A stretch of 63,546 nt of DNA, counting the filler, from Olpidium bornovanus S191 (Eukaryota; Fungi; Olpidiomycota), in the NCBI GenBank assembly GCA_017911155.1. It is 32 parts of 32 records of this genome, joined end to end, with 100 filler letters (N's around TTAATTAATTAA, not from the genome) between each part and the next. Parts side by side here need not be neighbours in the genome. Positions count along the whole stretch, not along the records: positions 36,297 to 38,964 come from JAEFCI010001035.1; positions 39,065 to 42,594 come from JAEFCI010007746.1; positions 42,695 to 43,743 come from JAEFCI010004824.1; positions 43,844 to 45,566 come from JAEFCI010000747.1; positions 45,667 to 47,138 come from JAEFCI010013523.1; positions 47,239 to 48,619 come from JAEFCI010003627.1; 26 more parts are not named here. One strand, given 5' to 3'. The translations under genes and the position numbers were made by a program. Positions within the stretch are counted from its first letter, which is position 1, and every line of letters begins with the position of its first letter. The notes below the pieces were generated by a model that saw nothing but the letters and a program-made list of their open reading frames with translations, ran no database searches and was not told where the DNA came from. Shown here one piece after another: positions 36,716 to 48,613 of the stretch.

Positions 36716-38329
36716 GCGCGACAGGCACAGGCGACGCGATGGGCACGGCCCGAAACAGGCACAACGGGGACGGGGCCAGGGGGACGGGGACGACAGGGAC
36801 GGGGCCACGGGGCTACGGGGACGGGGCCACGGGACTGCGGGGACGGGGATGCCGGAAACGGGGAAGACGGGGGCGATGGGGGCGATGGGGGCGACAGGGG
36901 CGACAGGGTCGACACGGATAACGAGCGACGGGCGACGGGCACGACGGGCGACGGGCGACAGGCATTACGGTTGACAGATGCAGCAGGCACTACAGGCGAC
37001 GGGCACGACGGGCACGGGTGCGACAGGGATGACGGGGATGACGGGGATGTCGGGGATGTTTTTGGTTTTGGGCCCAGCAGAAGGAAGGAAGGGCAGGCGG
37101 CGGACGGTGGGGTTGTGCTGGGTCTGGATGGTCCTGCTTTACTAAAAGGTAAGGAGGACTGTGGAGGTGTGTAGCGGCTGACCGGGCGCTGCCCCCCTTC
37201 CTTCCCATCTTTCTTTGTTGCTGGAATCTTCTCTCTGTGTCTCTCTCTCCCGTTCTTTCTCTCTCCCTCTCTCTCTCTCGTTCTTTCTCTCTCCCTCTCT
37301 CTTTCTCTCGTTCTTTCTCTATCTCTCTCTCTTTCTCTCTTGTCGGCATCGCACGCGCACGTGTATTTTTTTTTTCCGGCCACCAGAAGGAGGCGGCGGA
37401 AGGCGTGATGGGTCCAGCCGTTTTTGCTGTATTAATGGTATGGAGGACAGTGGAGGTGTGTTGCAGCTGACCGGGCGCTGCCACTGTCCCTTCCTTCCTT
37501 CCCTCTTCCCTTGTTTGGCGGCATCGCGCGCCTCCGCATCTTCCTTTTTTTGTTTTCCCAGCCTCGGCCGTACCTTTATTCTCTCCATCTCTCTTTTTTT
37601 CCTTTGGCGGCATCACGCGTGCCCGCATCTTTTTTTTTTTTTTTGCGGCCATTTTTTTTCGTTTTTTTTTACCGACGCGGCTCCAGAAGGCTCCCCCCCC
37701 CGATACGGGGCTTAAACGAAGTTGAGAGTTACGGAATGTGCTGGTACGATATCACCGCGCAGACCACGAGAACCACGTTAATAACCTTTAAACTCAACTA
37801 AAATCAAATTCGCGTGTAAAAATTCTCTGTACTGAAGGTTGGAGAGGTCCGTCATCGACATCGACTCGGAAGACACCTCGTTGGTGCTAAATTGGCCGTT
37901 ACGTTAATTTATGCGCTGTTCGAGGTAGCCACTGGAGACTTCGGTACGAAACGTCGATATCGAGAATATCCGAACGCGGGCGAGGTTTTATAGAGATTAA
38001 AGGTCTCCATCGCGATTTTTGTGGTATCCGGAGAGGTGTTAAGTCGGCGCGTTTCGCACCTTGCAAGAGCCCGATCTAGCTGTTTTGGTACTTCAGAGGT
38101 CCTGGACGGCCCGGCCCAGGGGAGCCAATTTGAACCGCTCTCTCTTTCTCTCTCGTGCGGCATTGCGCGCGCCCGCGCCCACATATTTTTTTTTTTTTTG
38201 GGGGGGGGGGCCCGCCGGTGTACGTTTCTTTTTTTTTCTCTCTCTCTTTCTCTCCGTCATTCATTGCCGGTATCCCGCTTGCCCAGATTTTTTTATTTCG
38301 CGGGCGCTGTCGTACCGCATCTTCCTTTT

Positions 38330-38960
38330 TATGCGAATCTTCTTTGGTCGGGTTCATCGTCTTTTTTTGCGACCACGCATCTTCATTTCTTTTGCGACGA
38401 TTCATCTTCTTTTTCCCCAAAACGGGCGCATCTTCTTTTTATGATGCAAGCGCATCTTCTTTTTTTGGGGGACCGAGCTTCTTCGTTTGACTGGCGCATC
38501 TTTTTTTTTTTTGCGACTGTGCGTTTTTTTTTTTTTTTTGCGGCGGATGCATTTTTTTTTGCGACGTGGGAATTTTTATTCTTGTGACGTACAAATCTTC
38601 TTTTTTTTTACGTGCGAATCTTCTTTTTTTTGCGACGGGCAAATTTTCTTTTTTGCGACGGGCAAATCTTTTTTTTACGACGTGCGAATCTTCTTTTTTT
38701 TTACGACGCGCGAATCTTCTTTGTTTTTACTGGCGTGACGTGCGAATCTTCTTTTTTTTTACGGCGCGCGAATCTTCTTATTTTTGCGACGCGCGAATCT
38801 TCTTTTTTTTACGACGCGCGAATCTTTATTTTTTCTTACGGGCGCATGTTCCTTTAAAGGGCGCATCTTCTCTTTTTTTGCGACTGGCACATCTTCTGTT
38901 TTTGAGACGGGCAAATCATTTTTTTTTTTTTTTTGCAACGTGCGAATGGTGCGAATCGTG
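38330..38960. repeat. Degenerate ~24-bp minisatellite, consensus GCGAATCTTC(T)nGCGAC(G), roughly 25 units
   Basis: Alternating CpG-rich cores and T tracts across about 630 bp. Confidence 0.85.
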
Positions 38961-39629
38961 GCAANNNNNNNNNNNNNNNNNNNNNNNNNNNNNNNNNNNN
39001 NNNNNNNNTTAATTAATTAANNNNNNNNNNNNNNNNNNNNNNNNNNNNNNNNNNNNNNNNNNNNCATGAGGGCCCAGCACAACTAGCCGTGACATTGCCT
39101 CCCGGCGCTTGCCCGGTACGCAGCACAGCCGGAGCGAACCTTCGCCGCGCTTCCCGCAGCCTTTAATTCCGCGCCGTATCTGTGGACGTCTTGGAAAAAA
39201 AAAATTGGTGCAAGGCGAGCAAGCATAGAAAGATCTGGCCAGTCCTGGAAGGAAAATTATTTCGTCGCAAATGGCAGAGGTCGAAAAGACATAAATAATT
39301 TTGCCCCTATACCACGCCTTTCCGAGATCCTCCGGAGCTGTGGACATTAGCCATGCCAAGAGCCCTCGATATGGCCTTTTGACATCTGGCATCATCCCAG
39401 TCGTCCTCGTCGGGAGCTTTCATTTGGCATCTGGATGTTCTTGTTAGGGTAGGAGCGCAGTAGTATAGTAGGGACGCAGTGGGGAGAGTGAGATAAATTA
39501 CGGGCGAACGAAATACCAAAAACAACGAGTAGAAATTCAAAACCGGGAACGGAGACACGGACGGAGAGAACGGTTCCTTCTTCCTCCACACTTGTCGCTG
39601 TAATAGTTGGGGAGAAATGGATGTTTAAA

Positions 39630-39720
39630 TGTGGAAACAAAATACATATATATCTATAATATTAATTATGTAAATATAATATCTAGTAATAATATTAAAA
39701 TTTATACTAATCCGGAATAA
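39630..39720. other. AT-rich patch C
   Basis: TpA-rich stretch with abrupt edges in a contig that also carries Gypsy remnants. Confidence 0.75.
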
Positions 39721-41124
39721 AAACCGGAATTTTTTTTTAAACAAACCTAACGTCACTTCTCGACTTTGCCGGCACAAAAGATACCTTCGACCCAAACGCA
39801 AAACTCCGCCCACAACAAAGCGGGAAATCCCAGGACTCGCTACCCCTTTTTTTCCCGTGTCGTCTAACTCTCCCGCCGCGATCTCCCGACGCGATCTAAT
39901 CTCTTCGCTCCATCAACCAATCCTCGTCGATCGGACTTTCCCACTTGGCCATTAATCGGTGCATGACTTCGCCTCGCCGCCGCTGCCGCCGCGGCTCCGG
40001 GACACCCACTTACAACCCTGGCACGTCCGCCGTCAACCAGCCCATACCAAACAGACTGGCAGCGCACATTTCAGAATAACGCTCATCCCCCTTCCCCCCG
40101 CCTCGCGCTCCTCCGTAGCCTCCCCCGTCGCGCAATTAACATAACAATCAAGAGTGCCGCATGCGGACCTGCTACCTGGTACATGCGGAGGACGTGAATC
40201 CAATTCGCGAAGTTTTTCCAACTCCTCGATAAAATCCCGCGAAATGACATCTACAATGCCATGGTGCCCAAACGTACCTGGATGCTGATGCTGAATTACC
40301 GGTCGTCGAGCACTTCACCGACGGGGAGATTATCGCCGAGGTGTCCCACCACCAATTTGACCAGGGGGCGAACGAAGATGCTAGTGAAGACAGCGGCGGA
40401 AAGGAGGCGACGCTTTGCTGCCGAGCTGGGCACAAAATGCAGTAGGCCATTGACGTCTTGCTTGTGGGCCTGGAAGGGAAAGCATCGGACTTCGACCAGG
40501 CGGATCAGCTTTTCCAACTTTTCAGGCGTTTCGTGCTCTCCAGCAGGTCCGCGTCTTTGAAGCGAAAGACATTAATCGACTACTTCAGCCATGAAAAAAG
40601 CAAGGGGCGTGCTTCGGGTTAGTCAGTGCGTGGCCCATCTTAGCTGGTATTACGTCACATCAGGGGGTTGATTGTATGTGTTCTTCCCAAACCTCTTTAT
40701 CGGAAAGAGAACCATCCAGAAATTTTGGAAACGACTTCGGGCGGTGCGGCGCCTAAGCCCGTCACCTGCTTCGCGGTCACCCGTGTCTCGGCAAGAAGGA
40801 CAACCGGCCGCGCAGGCCTGTCCGCGAACCCGGCAGCTCAACGATGCCTTGTCTCGACATGGGGCGCGGCGACCCCGGTACGGATGACGCGGCGCGTACG
40901 ACCGTGAAACGGCTGAGCACTTCGTACGGATTGGGTGCTTATGGCGACGGCCGGTGCTGGCATTTACGGAAATACCACACCCAGTTGTCGGTCTACCTGA
41001 TGAACGACAGGCAGCGATAGGCAGTGCTCCTGCCCACGTCTCCGCCGGGTCCTTTCTTCGTGGCCCTTGCATATTTCAAGACCATGCAGCGCTCTTTTAG
41101 CGCAGCCGTCACCATATAACATTC

Positions 41125-41240
41125 AACTAATTGTGTGAACCTGAATTCACTAATATTTACACTTTATAGATTATTTATGTTGTTGAAATACAACTAAGTA
41201 TATTGTTCTTATCATTAGGATTTATTATATTAGCTATATA
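41125..41240. other. AT-rich patch D within the Gypsy pol remnant
   Basis: AT-rich stretch directly upstream of the integrase zinc-finger remnant KQCVRTCP. Confidence 0.75.
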
Positions 41241-42205
41241 CTACACCCGCAAAGTGTCCGATTATATTGCGACATCCAAACAGTGCGTCCGAACGTGCCC
41301 AATGCGTCAAACATATAGGGTGTTAATTTGAGGAAACAACCATCCTGCCTGCCCTGCGTGCGGCGTGAATGGTACGTGTATTTGGTCGAGCTGCCGGAGT
41401 GTCGGGAGTTTCGCGGCCCTGCACTGGCTTCCGAAAGCGCCACCAATTTCGTGGAATGACGACCTGATCTGGACAAAAGGATCTGCGTGGATCAAGTGTT
41501 ACATTCTAGAGGACATCCTGTGTCGGTACGGTCCGTGGTGCCGTTTTCGATTTGACTGCGGCAAGATGAACACCAAGGAAATGCAGGTACAACTAACAAA
41601 GTTGGGAAGAAGGGCTCCATTCAACAATCCTAAACACCCCCGCCGCGAAATGAGAAGGTAGAGTGTGGCCAGCAGACCCTGGTCCTGGCCATGGTGAAGA
41701 CCGCGGAATTCCAGGATAGAGTGTGGGCTGAATTGTTCCTGTTAGCGCTTCGGGCTGACTGGCCATAACCGATCGGACGACTGGCTTTGCCCCAAATTGC
41801 TTGGATGCCATGGCAATCAATTATTATTCGAGGGCGCGGTGCGCGCCTGGCACTCTTCTGTGGAGGGGTGCGCTGAGTCGGGAAGAGCTACTAACCATTC
41901 GAATTCAGCAACTGGATTGGCGAGACGCTGCGGTTATCGATGGCGCTGTCACGGCTACGACGAACGAAACGCGCGGCGGGAGAAAGCACGCATTGACGCC
42001 CGCCGGCGGTGGCGTCCGGAACCCCCTAGCAGTCGGAAGGCTGCTTTTCATGAAAAACGAGCGGGTGCGTACCGAACTTAGGGAGGCAGAGGAAGTTTTT
42101 GCCCGTCAATGGTCCGGGCCGTATGTCGTTGTCACATTGGACACGGGCACCGGGACGTACGAATTGCGCAAACTCCACGGGATCGATACGCTCGCGAACA
42201 GCTGA
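41240..42205 (+). mobile_element. Ty3/Gypsy LTR retrotransposon integrase, degraded
   Basis: CVRTCP (H2C2 remnant), YILEDILCRYG...RFDCG...KHP (catalytic core), WAELFLLALRAD/ITDRTTGFAP and GPY/F domain QWSGPYVVVTLDTGTGTYELRKLHG, with several frameshifts and stops. A purine tract follows at about 42391-42431. Confidence 0.75.
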
Positions 42206-42974
42206 AGGCATTCCGACGAAGGAACGATGCGGCCATCGGGGAACCGGGGGCCGGGTACGGCTCGACGACCAGCGGTTCAGAAACGGACGACGCCGCGGTG
42301 AAAAGGGATTCCGTCGGAGGCGATCTGGTTTGCATTTCTTTTCTTTCTATTCTTTATTATCGGAATCGACCCCTCTCCGATGGAGACGAACGGGGGGGAG
42401 GGGGGGAAGGGGGGAAGGGAAGGAGAGGGGGCATCAAATGATGGTTAAACGTTTCTGATACCAGGACCAGTCAGCATGCGGCTGCATCGGGGGGCCGCTG
42501 TTATGTCCTTGCCGTTGCATTACATTGCGGTAATGAAAAATATTCGCTAATCAGAATCTGAAATTTCTTTCGAAATGTGACTTTCATTCCAGCCNNNNNN
42601 NNNNNNNNNNNNNNNNNNNNNNNNNNNNNNNNNNNNNNTTAATTAATTAANNNNNNNNNNNNNNNNNNNNNNNNNNNNNNNNNNNNNNNNNNNNCATGCC
42701 AGGGGCGTGTTCCGTTGCCCCGCCACGGAGGTCACGGCGGCCAAGGTTGCGGTCGTTGTACACCATTCCCGCGCTTCGCGAAATTCTGCCGTCCCCCCTT
42801 TTTTGACTAAAGTGCTTATTCGGGAGAGCTCTTCCGTTCATTGACGAACAAGATCTCCCTACGCTTCTATGGCTGTAAACCGTGGCGATGACGACGACCG
42901 ACGGCGGTCTAATTAGATTCCCTCTATAGGTGTCCGTCCCCGGGGAACCCTTCCGCCAGACAACCCGTTGCTGA

Positions 42975-43736
42975 TTAGGTTCCAATAGTCCGAGGTTGCT
43001 CCCCGTTATCCTCAGCGGCCTCGGCACGTGCGTCTGGTTCGTGCGGGGCCGCCTTGATCACGTCACGTGCGGGCACAACTCCGTAACCGCTGTCCGCTTC
43101 GCCCTGCTCGCCGGCGCCGTCTTCGCCACCCGAGGACGCCGCGCCTCCCGCTTCCTCGCCGGCGGCGGTCTCGCCGTCCGATCCAGCTTCCCCCGTGTCG
43201 TCGACGTCGTCCTCGGCGTCGACGTCGGTGGTCGAGCTGCGCACGTCGATCTCGCCCAGCACGGGCGGGGTCGCGGAGCGGTCGGCCAGCCAGTCGAACC
43301 CGCCGCCGCCCCGGCCGGCCTCGCCGCAGTGAACGTCGTAAAGGAGCAGATTCTGGCGGCACTTGGGCGAGGTCGACCGGTTCGATCGGGCCGGCGCGCC
43401 AGCCGTCTGCGGCGGAGTCGAGGGATGGTCCCCCCACGCGCGGCCGGAGCCCGGGCCGGGAGGCCAAGGGTACCATGGCGCCTCGGCGTATTCGCGCGCG
43501 CCGCCGGGCGTGCTGTCGGCGGCGTTGCGGAAACAGAAAAAGCCGTCCGCCAGACGACCGGCTGTGATTTTGCGCGCGCACGCGCGCGCCAAGGGGGCCG
43601 GGGGGGGGGTGGGATGAGAGGAGGGTTTTAGGCACACAATCTTAGCCGGCACACAACGTCGCAAAAAGAGACGGTCAACGGGGAAGGTGAAGGGACGGAC
43701 GGCGCGGAAACGTGTCGCGGCCTCTCCCGTTGGCAC
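42975..43736 (-). CDS. Hypothetical protein with an acidic low-complexity tail
   Basis: 253-aa ORF (REYAEAPWYPW...NLLLYDVHCGE...DAEDDVDD); family not recognised. Confidence 0.35.
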   Translation of the reverse strand: MPTGEAATRFRAVRPFTFPVDRLFLRRCVPAKIVCLKPSSHPTPPPAPLARACARKITAGRLADGFFCFRNAADSTPGGAREYAEAPWYPWPPGPGSGRAWGDHPSTPPQTAGAPARSNRSTSPKCRQNLLLYDVHCGEAGRGGGGFDWLADRSATPPVLGEIDVRSSTTDVDAEDDVDDTGEAGSDGETAAGEEAGGAASSGGEDGAGEQGEADSGYGVVPARDVIKAAPHEPDARAEAAEDNGEQPRTIGT

Positions 43737-44319
43737 CGGCGGGNNNNNNNNNNNNNNNNNNNNNNNNNNNNNNNNNNNNNNNNNNNNTTAATTAATTAAN
43801 NNNNNNNNNNNNNNNNNNNNNNNNNNNNNNNNNNNNNNNNNNNGCATGCACCATTGCATTCTCACGCGCCAAACAGTTTAAATTATACAAAACCACCGGG
43901 AGCGGGGTTGAGGGGAGGGAAGGGGCAGAGGAGAAGGGAGGAGGACGGGACAGGTGCGGGCGAAAGGAAAGGGGGAGTGAGAAAGAGAACAGAGAAAGCA
44001 GAGAAAGAGAGAAAGTTTGGGACAATTATGTATCGGCGCGTCGTCTGCGAAAAAGTAAGAAAATGCAGCAGGCGGCGTGGTGGGGTGTGTGTGTGTGTGT
44101 GTGGGTGTGTGGGTGTTGGGGGCGGGGAGCGAGGTGCAGCGAAATGGGAATTTGGGTGAGCCTGGGAAGGGGGCGGGGCGGGGGAGAGGGAAGCCCGGAT
44201 TTGTTTCACAAGGGTCGCGGCAAAAAAAAAAAAAAAAAAAAAAAAAAAGGCCGGGGATTGCCCGGGGGAAGAAAACAGCCGCGAGCGTGCGCGTGAAATG
44301 TGGGCAGGGCCGAGAAGCC

Positions 44320-45549
44320 TCAGGCTCCCCAAGAAGGCTGCTGGCTCAACTGTTGACCGAACGGCTGCTGCGGCGGTTGGAGCGGCGACGTCCCCGTTGC
44401 CCCGAACGGATTCGGCTGCTGCTGCCGCGCATTGGCCCATCCGCTCGAGGCGGTCATCCCGAAAGGGTCGATGGTCCCGCCGAACCGATCCTGCTGAACC
44501 AGGCTGCAGGCAGGCCCGTCGAACGCCCCGAAGCTGCCGCCGACACCGCCGCCGCCGTCCCCCTGTCCAGCCAAGACCGATCTCCGGCCAGAGTCCTGGC
44601 TGTTGAAGACCAGCGGCCCGGCACCAAACGCCGTTGCGCCGGCGCTCGTGCCGCCGAATTGCCCGCCGAACGGTCCGCCGCCGCCGCCGCCGCCGCCGTT
44701 AAACCCACTGCAAGACGCCATGCTCGCGATTGGCACCGGTGCCGCCGGTGGCGGCTTCTGCGCGAAGGGGTTCAGCGAACTCAACGAGTCGAAAGGCTGT
44801 GCGGTGTGACGAGGTTGCACGGCGTTGGGGATCATTCCGGGCGCAATCGCGCTCGTAATGGTGCTGTATCGCGCCGGCGAGAAAGGGTTCAAGCTCGGCG
44901 TCGTTACCGTGAACGGGGTACTTCCGCCGAGGAGGTCGTTGGTACAAATGGAAGCTAGGGAGCCTCTTGGACCCATGACGGCGTCTGGGAAAGCGTTCGC
45001 TCCCGCTCCCGCAAACGGCCTCGGCTGTCCGGCGGTGTATATTTGGTTGCCGTTGTCGCCCGCGAGAATGCCGGCCGGCGCTTGCGTACCGAAACCCGGC
45101 TGCTGTGCGTTAAACTGCGCCGGGCCCAACTGCTGCGTAAACGGATTGTGCGTCGAGAACGATGCCGCGAAGGACGGCACGCCCGCCATCATGCTCTGCA
45201 TATCTGTGTCGCCAAAGTTCCCAAAGCTCTGTTTTCCATCAAAATCGCCGCTGAATCCGCCGAAGCCGGCTCTTATGACTTGCGGTGCACTCGGCGGAGC
45301 GGTGCCTCCGAATGGATTGTGCAATCCTGCGCTAGCATGATCTAGGCCGGCTGGCGGCCCCTGAGCAAACGAGAACGACGAGACCTGCTGCGCAGGCTGG
45401 ACCGCATCTAGCGACGAAAAAAAGTCTATTATGTCTGTGCCGGCCCCCTTCAATGCCGGCACGACGTTAGATTCTCTCCTTTCGACGCTCGAAGACTGTT
45501 TAATCGTTGTTGCTGGTTCCGGAAAATTGAAAAAGTCGTTACGCAACAA
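44320..45549 (-). CDS. Clathrin adaptor AP180/CALM (Yap180-like), C-terminal disordered region
   Basis: 409-aa ORF with DIIDFFSSLD, five NPF motifs (HNPF, HNPF, LNPF, LNPF, PNPF) and DPF/FxDxF-like motifs. Confidence 0.7.
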   Translation of the reverse strand: MLRNDFFNFPEPATTIKQSSSVERRESNVVPALKGAGTDIIDFFSSLDAVQPAQQVSSFSFAQGPPAGLDHASAGLHNPFGGTAPPSAPQVIRAGFGGFSGDFDGKQSFGNFGDTDMQSMMAGVPSFAASFSTHNPFTQQLGPAQFNAQQPGFGTQAPAGILAGDNGNQIYTAGQPRPFAGAGANAFPDAVMGPRGSLASICTNDLLGGSTPFTVTTPSLNPFSPARYSTITSAIAPGMIPNAVQPRHTAQPFDSLSSLNPFAQKPPPAAPVPIASMASCSGFNGGGGGGGGPFGGQFGGTSAGATAFGAGPLVFNSQDSGRRSVLAGQGDGGGGVGGSFGAFDGPACSLVQQDRFGGTIDPFGMTASSGWANARQQQPNPFGATGTSPLQPPQQPFGQQLSQQPSWGA

Positions 45550-47764
45550 AAAAAAACTAATTTGAANNNNNNNNNNNNNNNNNNNNNNNNNNNNNNNNNN
45601 NNNNNNNNNNTTAATTAATTAANNNNNNNNNNNNNNNNNNNNNNNNNNNNNNNNNNNNNNNNNNNNCATGATACTTTCCCGTTTCCGCTGCTGGATGGTG
45701 GCGCATCGCGATACCGCACGCCTTTCCATACGCGACTTGCTTCACGTATTTCGTTTATATTGGCATTCGTCTTTTTGCCGGGGATAATCGTCTTTGTGAA
45801 GTTCAGGCATTCCTGCGGCATTCTTGCTAGCTGCCCAAACGTCGCGGCCATCCCGTGTGCAGCTGGAAACTGCCGGTTTCAAAGCGATGTTGGCTGGGGA
45901 AGAGGCCCTTGGAGCTGCATTGGCGATGACGGGTGTTGACACGGTATGGCCTGTGGCCAGGGACGCCGCCGAGACTTTGGTCTGAACAAAAGCTGTGTCG
46001 GAGAAAAAAAAAAAAAAATAAAACAAAATAAAACAATCTTTTCCTCGCGCAGAGCACTCGCAAAATGGGCAAGGCCGCAGTTCCCGAGCAAAATGCCCCG
46101 GGATGTGCGCGGCCGCCCTCGCATCGCCTCGCCTCCCCGCGCGGCCGCGTCGGCGCGGCGCCGGCGCCCGCCGCGTAACCACCCGCCGTCGAGTTCTGGG
46201 TCGCTGGCAGACGGCCGTCCGCCGAAGCGCACGGGTTGCAGGGCCTGCCCCCGCCGTGGCCGCAGTCGCCGCGACCCGTGTCCCGGACGGCCAAGCAGTT
46301 GCGCCGCGGCACTGGTACGCAGAAGAGCAGCGCCTCCGTTCGCACCTGGCCCGAACGTGTCACTCGCCTTCGCTCCTGCGTCAGGTCGACCAGTAGGCGT
46401 GGGCCTCAGCCGCAAAGCTCCGCGAGAGGTCCTTCGTATGGTGTTGTGAACCGTACGATGCGCTCTACGGGGGGCCGGCGCAGTCCGATTGCGCTCTCCC
46501 ACGCAAAACGGCAAACAAAGGAAAGGAGAGCGAAACCGCAACATATGGCTTGACCGACCCCTCACCAAGGCCCTCCGTCGGAGCAAGATTCGTCGCCTCT
46601 TTCCGCGGTTGTCCCGCAGCCGAGTTCCTGGAAGCCGGCCGTCGTCGGATGGCCCGTCGCACGGCTGTTGATTATTCGACGGGTCGTCGCTGGCTTTCCT
46701 CACGCGCCGGCACCGCCGTTTTCCCCAGTACGGTCTGCCCGCACTTTGTCCGACGCAGCTGCAACGCTAGCCGCTTGTTCACTCGCGGGTGCACGAGGAC
46801 GGCGGCGCCAGTGAGTCGCAAAAAAATCAACCCTCGTGGGCCTTCGATTCGCGTGAGGCCAAGCCATGGTCGTCGGAGGTGACGCACGTTTTCCGCCGGC
46901 GTTGCTGGGCCCGCTTTAACCTGCTAACGCGCGGTTTCGGACCAGGCATCATGGTATTTCCTGCGGAAAAAGACGGGCGGGGCCATCAGCATTTTGGAAG
47001 GTGACGGCCACCAAACCCATGATATACGACGGGTTCACGTACGACATCCTCGTCACCTGGAATAACTGGTCTCGGCTACACGCGACGGGGAGCGGGCCAC
47101 ACGGCTGGTTGCGCTCAACGGACATCGTCCACGCCGTCNNNNNNNNNNNNNNNNNNNNNNNNNNNNNNNNNNNNNNNNNNNNTTAATTAATTAANNNNNN
47201 NNNNNNNNNNNNNNNNNNNNNNNNNNNNNNNNNNNNNNGAAGCGCACGCATTTTAATCAGGGACCTGTTTGAGTCGCACAACCCGGCGCACACAGCAACC
47301 CCTGCGAAACGTTTGGTGCCGTCCTTCACCTTTTCATAGCTTCCTCCTTGAGAAACATGGTGCGCATGTGGCCGAGTTCGTCTTTGCACCGCGCGTGCAC
47401 GTCGCCGTGTTCGACTGCGATTGCCGCTGCCGCGCGGCATCAGGCACCGCGCGCGACGTGTTATCGGCGAATCTAAAACTCACTTCTCGCCGGTGCCCGA
47501 GGCGGACGGCGTACCTTTCGCAGGCTGCTGCTCAGCCGATCTCTCCCCGGCAGCGGACGGATCTTGGATGCAACTTACGGGGGACGTGTGCAAGCACCCG
47601 GTGGGCATGGTAGAACCGTTCCATCTTCGACGGGAGCTCTCCGAATTTAGGCTGAGCAAGAACTGCGCGATTTGAGTTTTTTGCCTGGCCTCCAGAGCCT
47701 TCTATATTTTTTTTCTTGGTTTTGCGGCTTCCGGCCCTCACCCCCACCGCAAGTTCTCTCACAC

Positions 47765-48613
47765 CTACGCTTCCCATTCGACTTCGTCGCACGCTTCGTC
47801 GTCCGTTTCGTCGTCTTCGCCGCCGCTTTCGGCGGCGTCGGCCGTTTTTGCGGAACGTCTCTCGGCGCGCTCGACGTCCGTCGCCCAGGGCTGCGTCGCG
47901 GCCCTGCCGGCGGCCGCCGCCTCCTTGAGCTTTCTGCGCAGGATGCGGTTGCGGATCCGCAGCCGCCCGACGACCCCGAGGACCATCTGCATCTCGGACT
48001 CGTAGGTCGCCTTGTACCGCCTCAGGACGGAAAGCTCTTTGTCCATGTGCTCGTTCTGCGCTAGGATCCTGCTGCACTCCAGCTTTACGATCCTCAGCTC
48101 CCGTGCCAGGGATCGTATCTCGTTGTTGCAGCTGTCGTGCGAAGTTTTCTGCGCCGCCTCCCCCCCAGGGCCCGACTCTGACGTCAGCCGGCGCAGCCGC
48201 GGCCGCCCGCAACGCCGGCGCGCAAACCGGCGCTGGCCCGCAAAGGCACGGCGTTTTTTTTAAACTAACGGTTTCGTACTCCTTGGCGAGTTTGCGTCTC
48301 ACTTGCTCCCCCACGGCCTTCACGGTATGCTGGCAGGTTTGCAAGATGTCGCGCTCGCGGTCTGTCGGCAGCGGGACGCGATCAAGAAAGAAAAACGCAT
48401 CAAACGCTGAAGAAAAAGGGAAGACGTGATCGAGTCCGGGGGGAATGTCCCAATTCCCTTGCCCCCCCTCCCTTTCCTCCAACGTCCGCACACGCACACA
48501 TGCACACACGCACGCACGCGCGCACCCTTCGCAATGTTCTTGGTGGCGCTATCGTAAGCGTCCAGGGTTTCCAGGAGGCGAGAATGCAGCCCCTTGAGCC
48601 TCTCTACCGTCAT
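47765..48613 (-). CDS. Hypothetical coiled-coil protein, C-terminal exons
   Basis: Heptad-rich exons RLKGLHSRLLETLDAYD, EQVRRKLAKEYETVSLKK and NEIRSLARELRIVKLECSRILAQNEHMDKELSVLRRYKATYESEM. Confidence 0.5.

Noticed and set aside
36491-38960. CRISPR-like appearance of the regular repeats
   Set aside because: Units are head-to-tail or degenerate with no unique spacers, there are no cas genes, and the context is eukaryotic
39065-40560. Possible hAT or MULE transposase fragments (PDEDDWDDAR; DQLFQLFRRF)
   Set aside because: No catalytic DDE or SWIM motif could be identified and the frames are broken
42454-42463. TGGTATCAGA on the minus strand, resembling a tRNA-iMet primer-binding site
   Set aside because: It is opposite in orientation to the adjacent integrase, is not preceded by an LTR-terminal CA, and a single 10-mer match is plausible by chance
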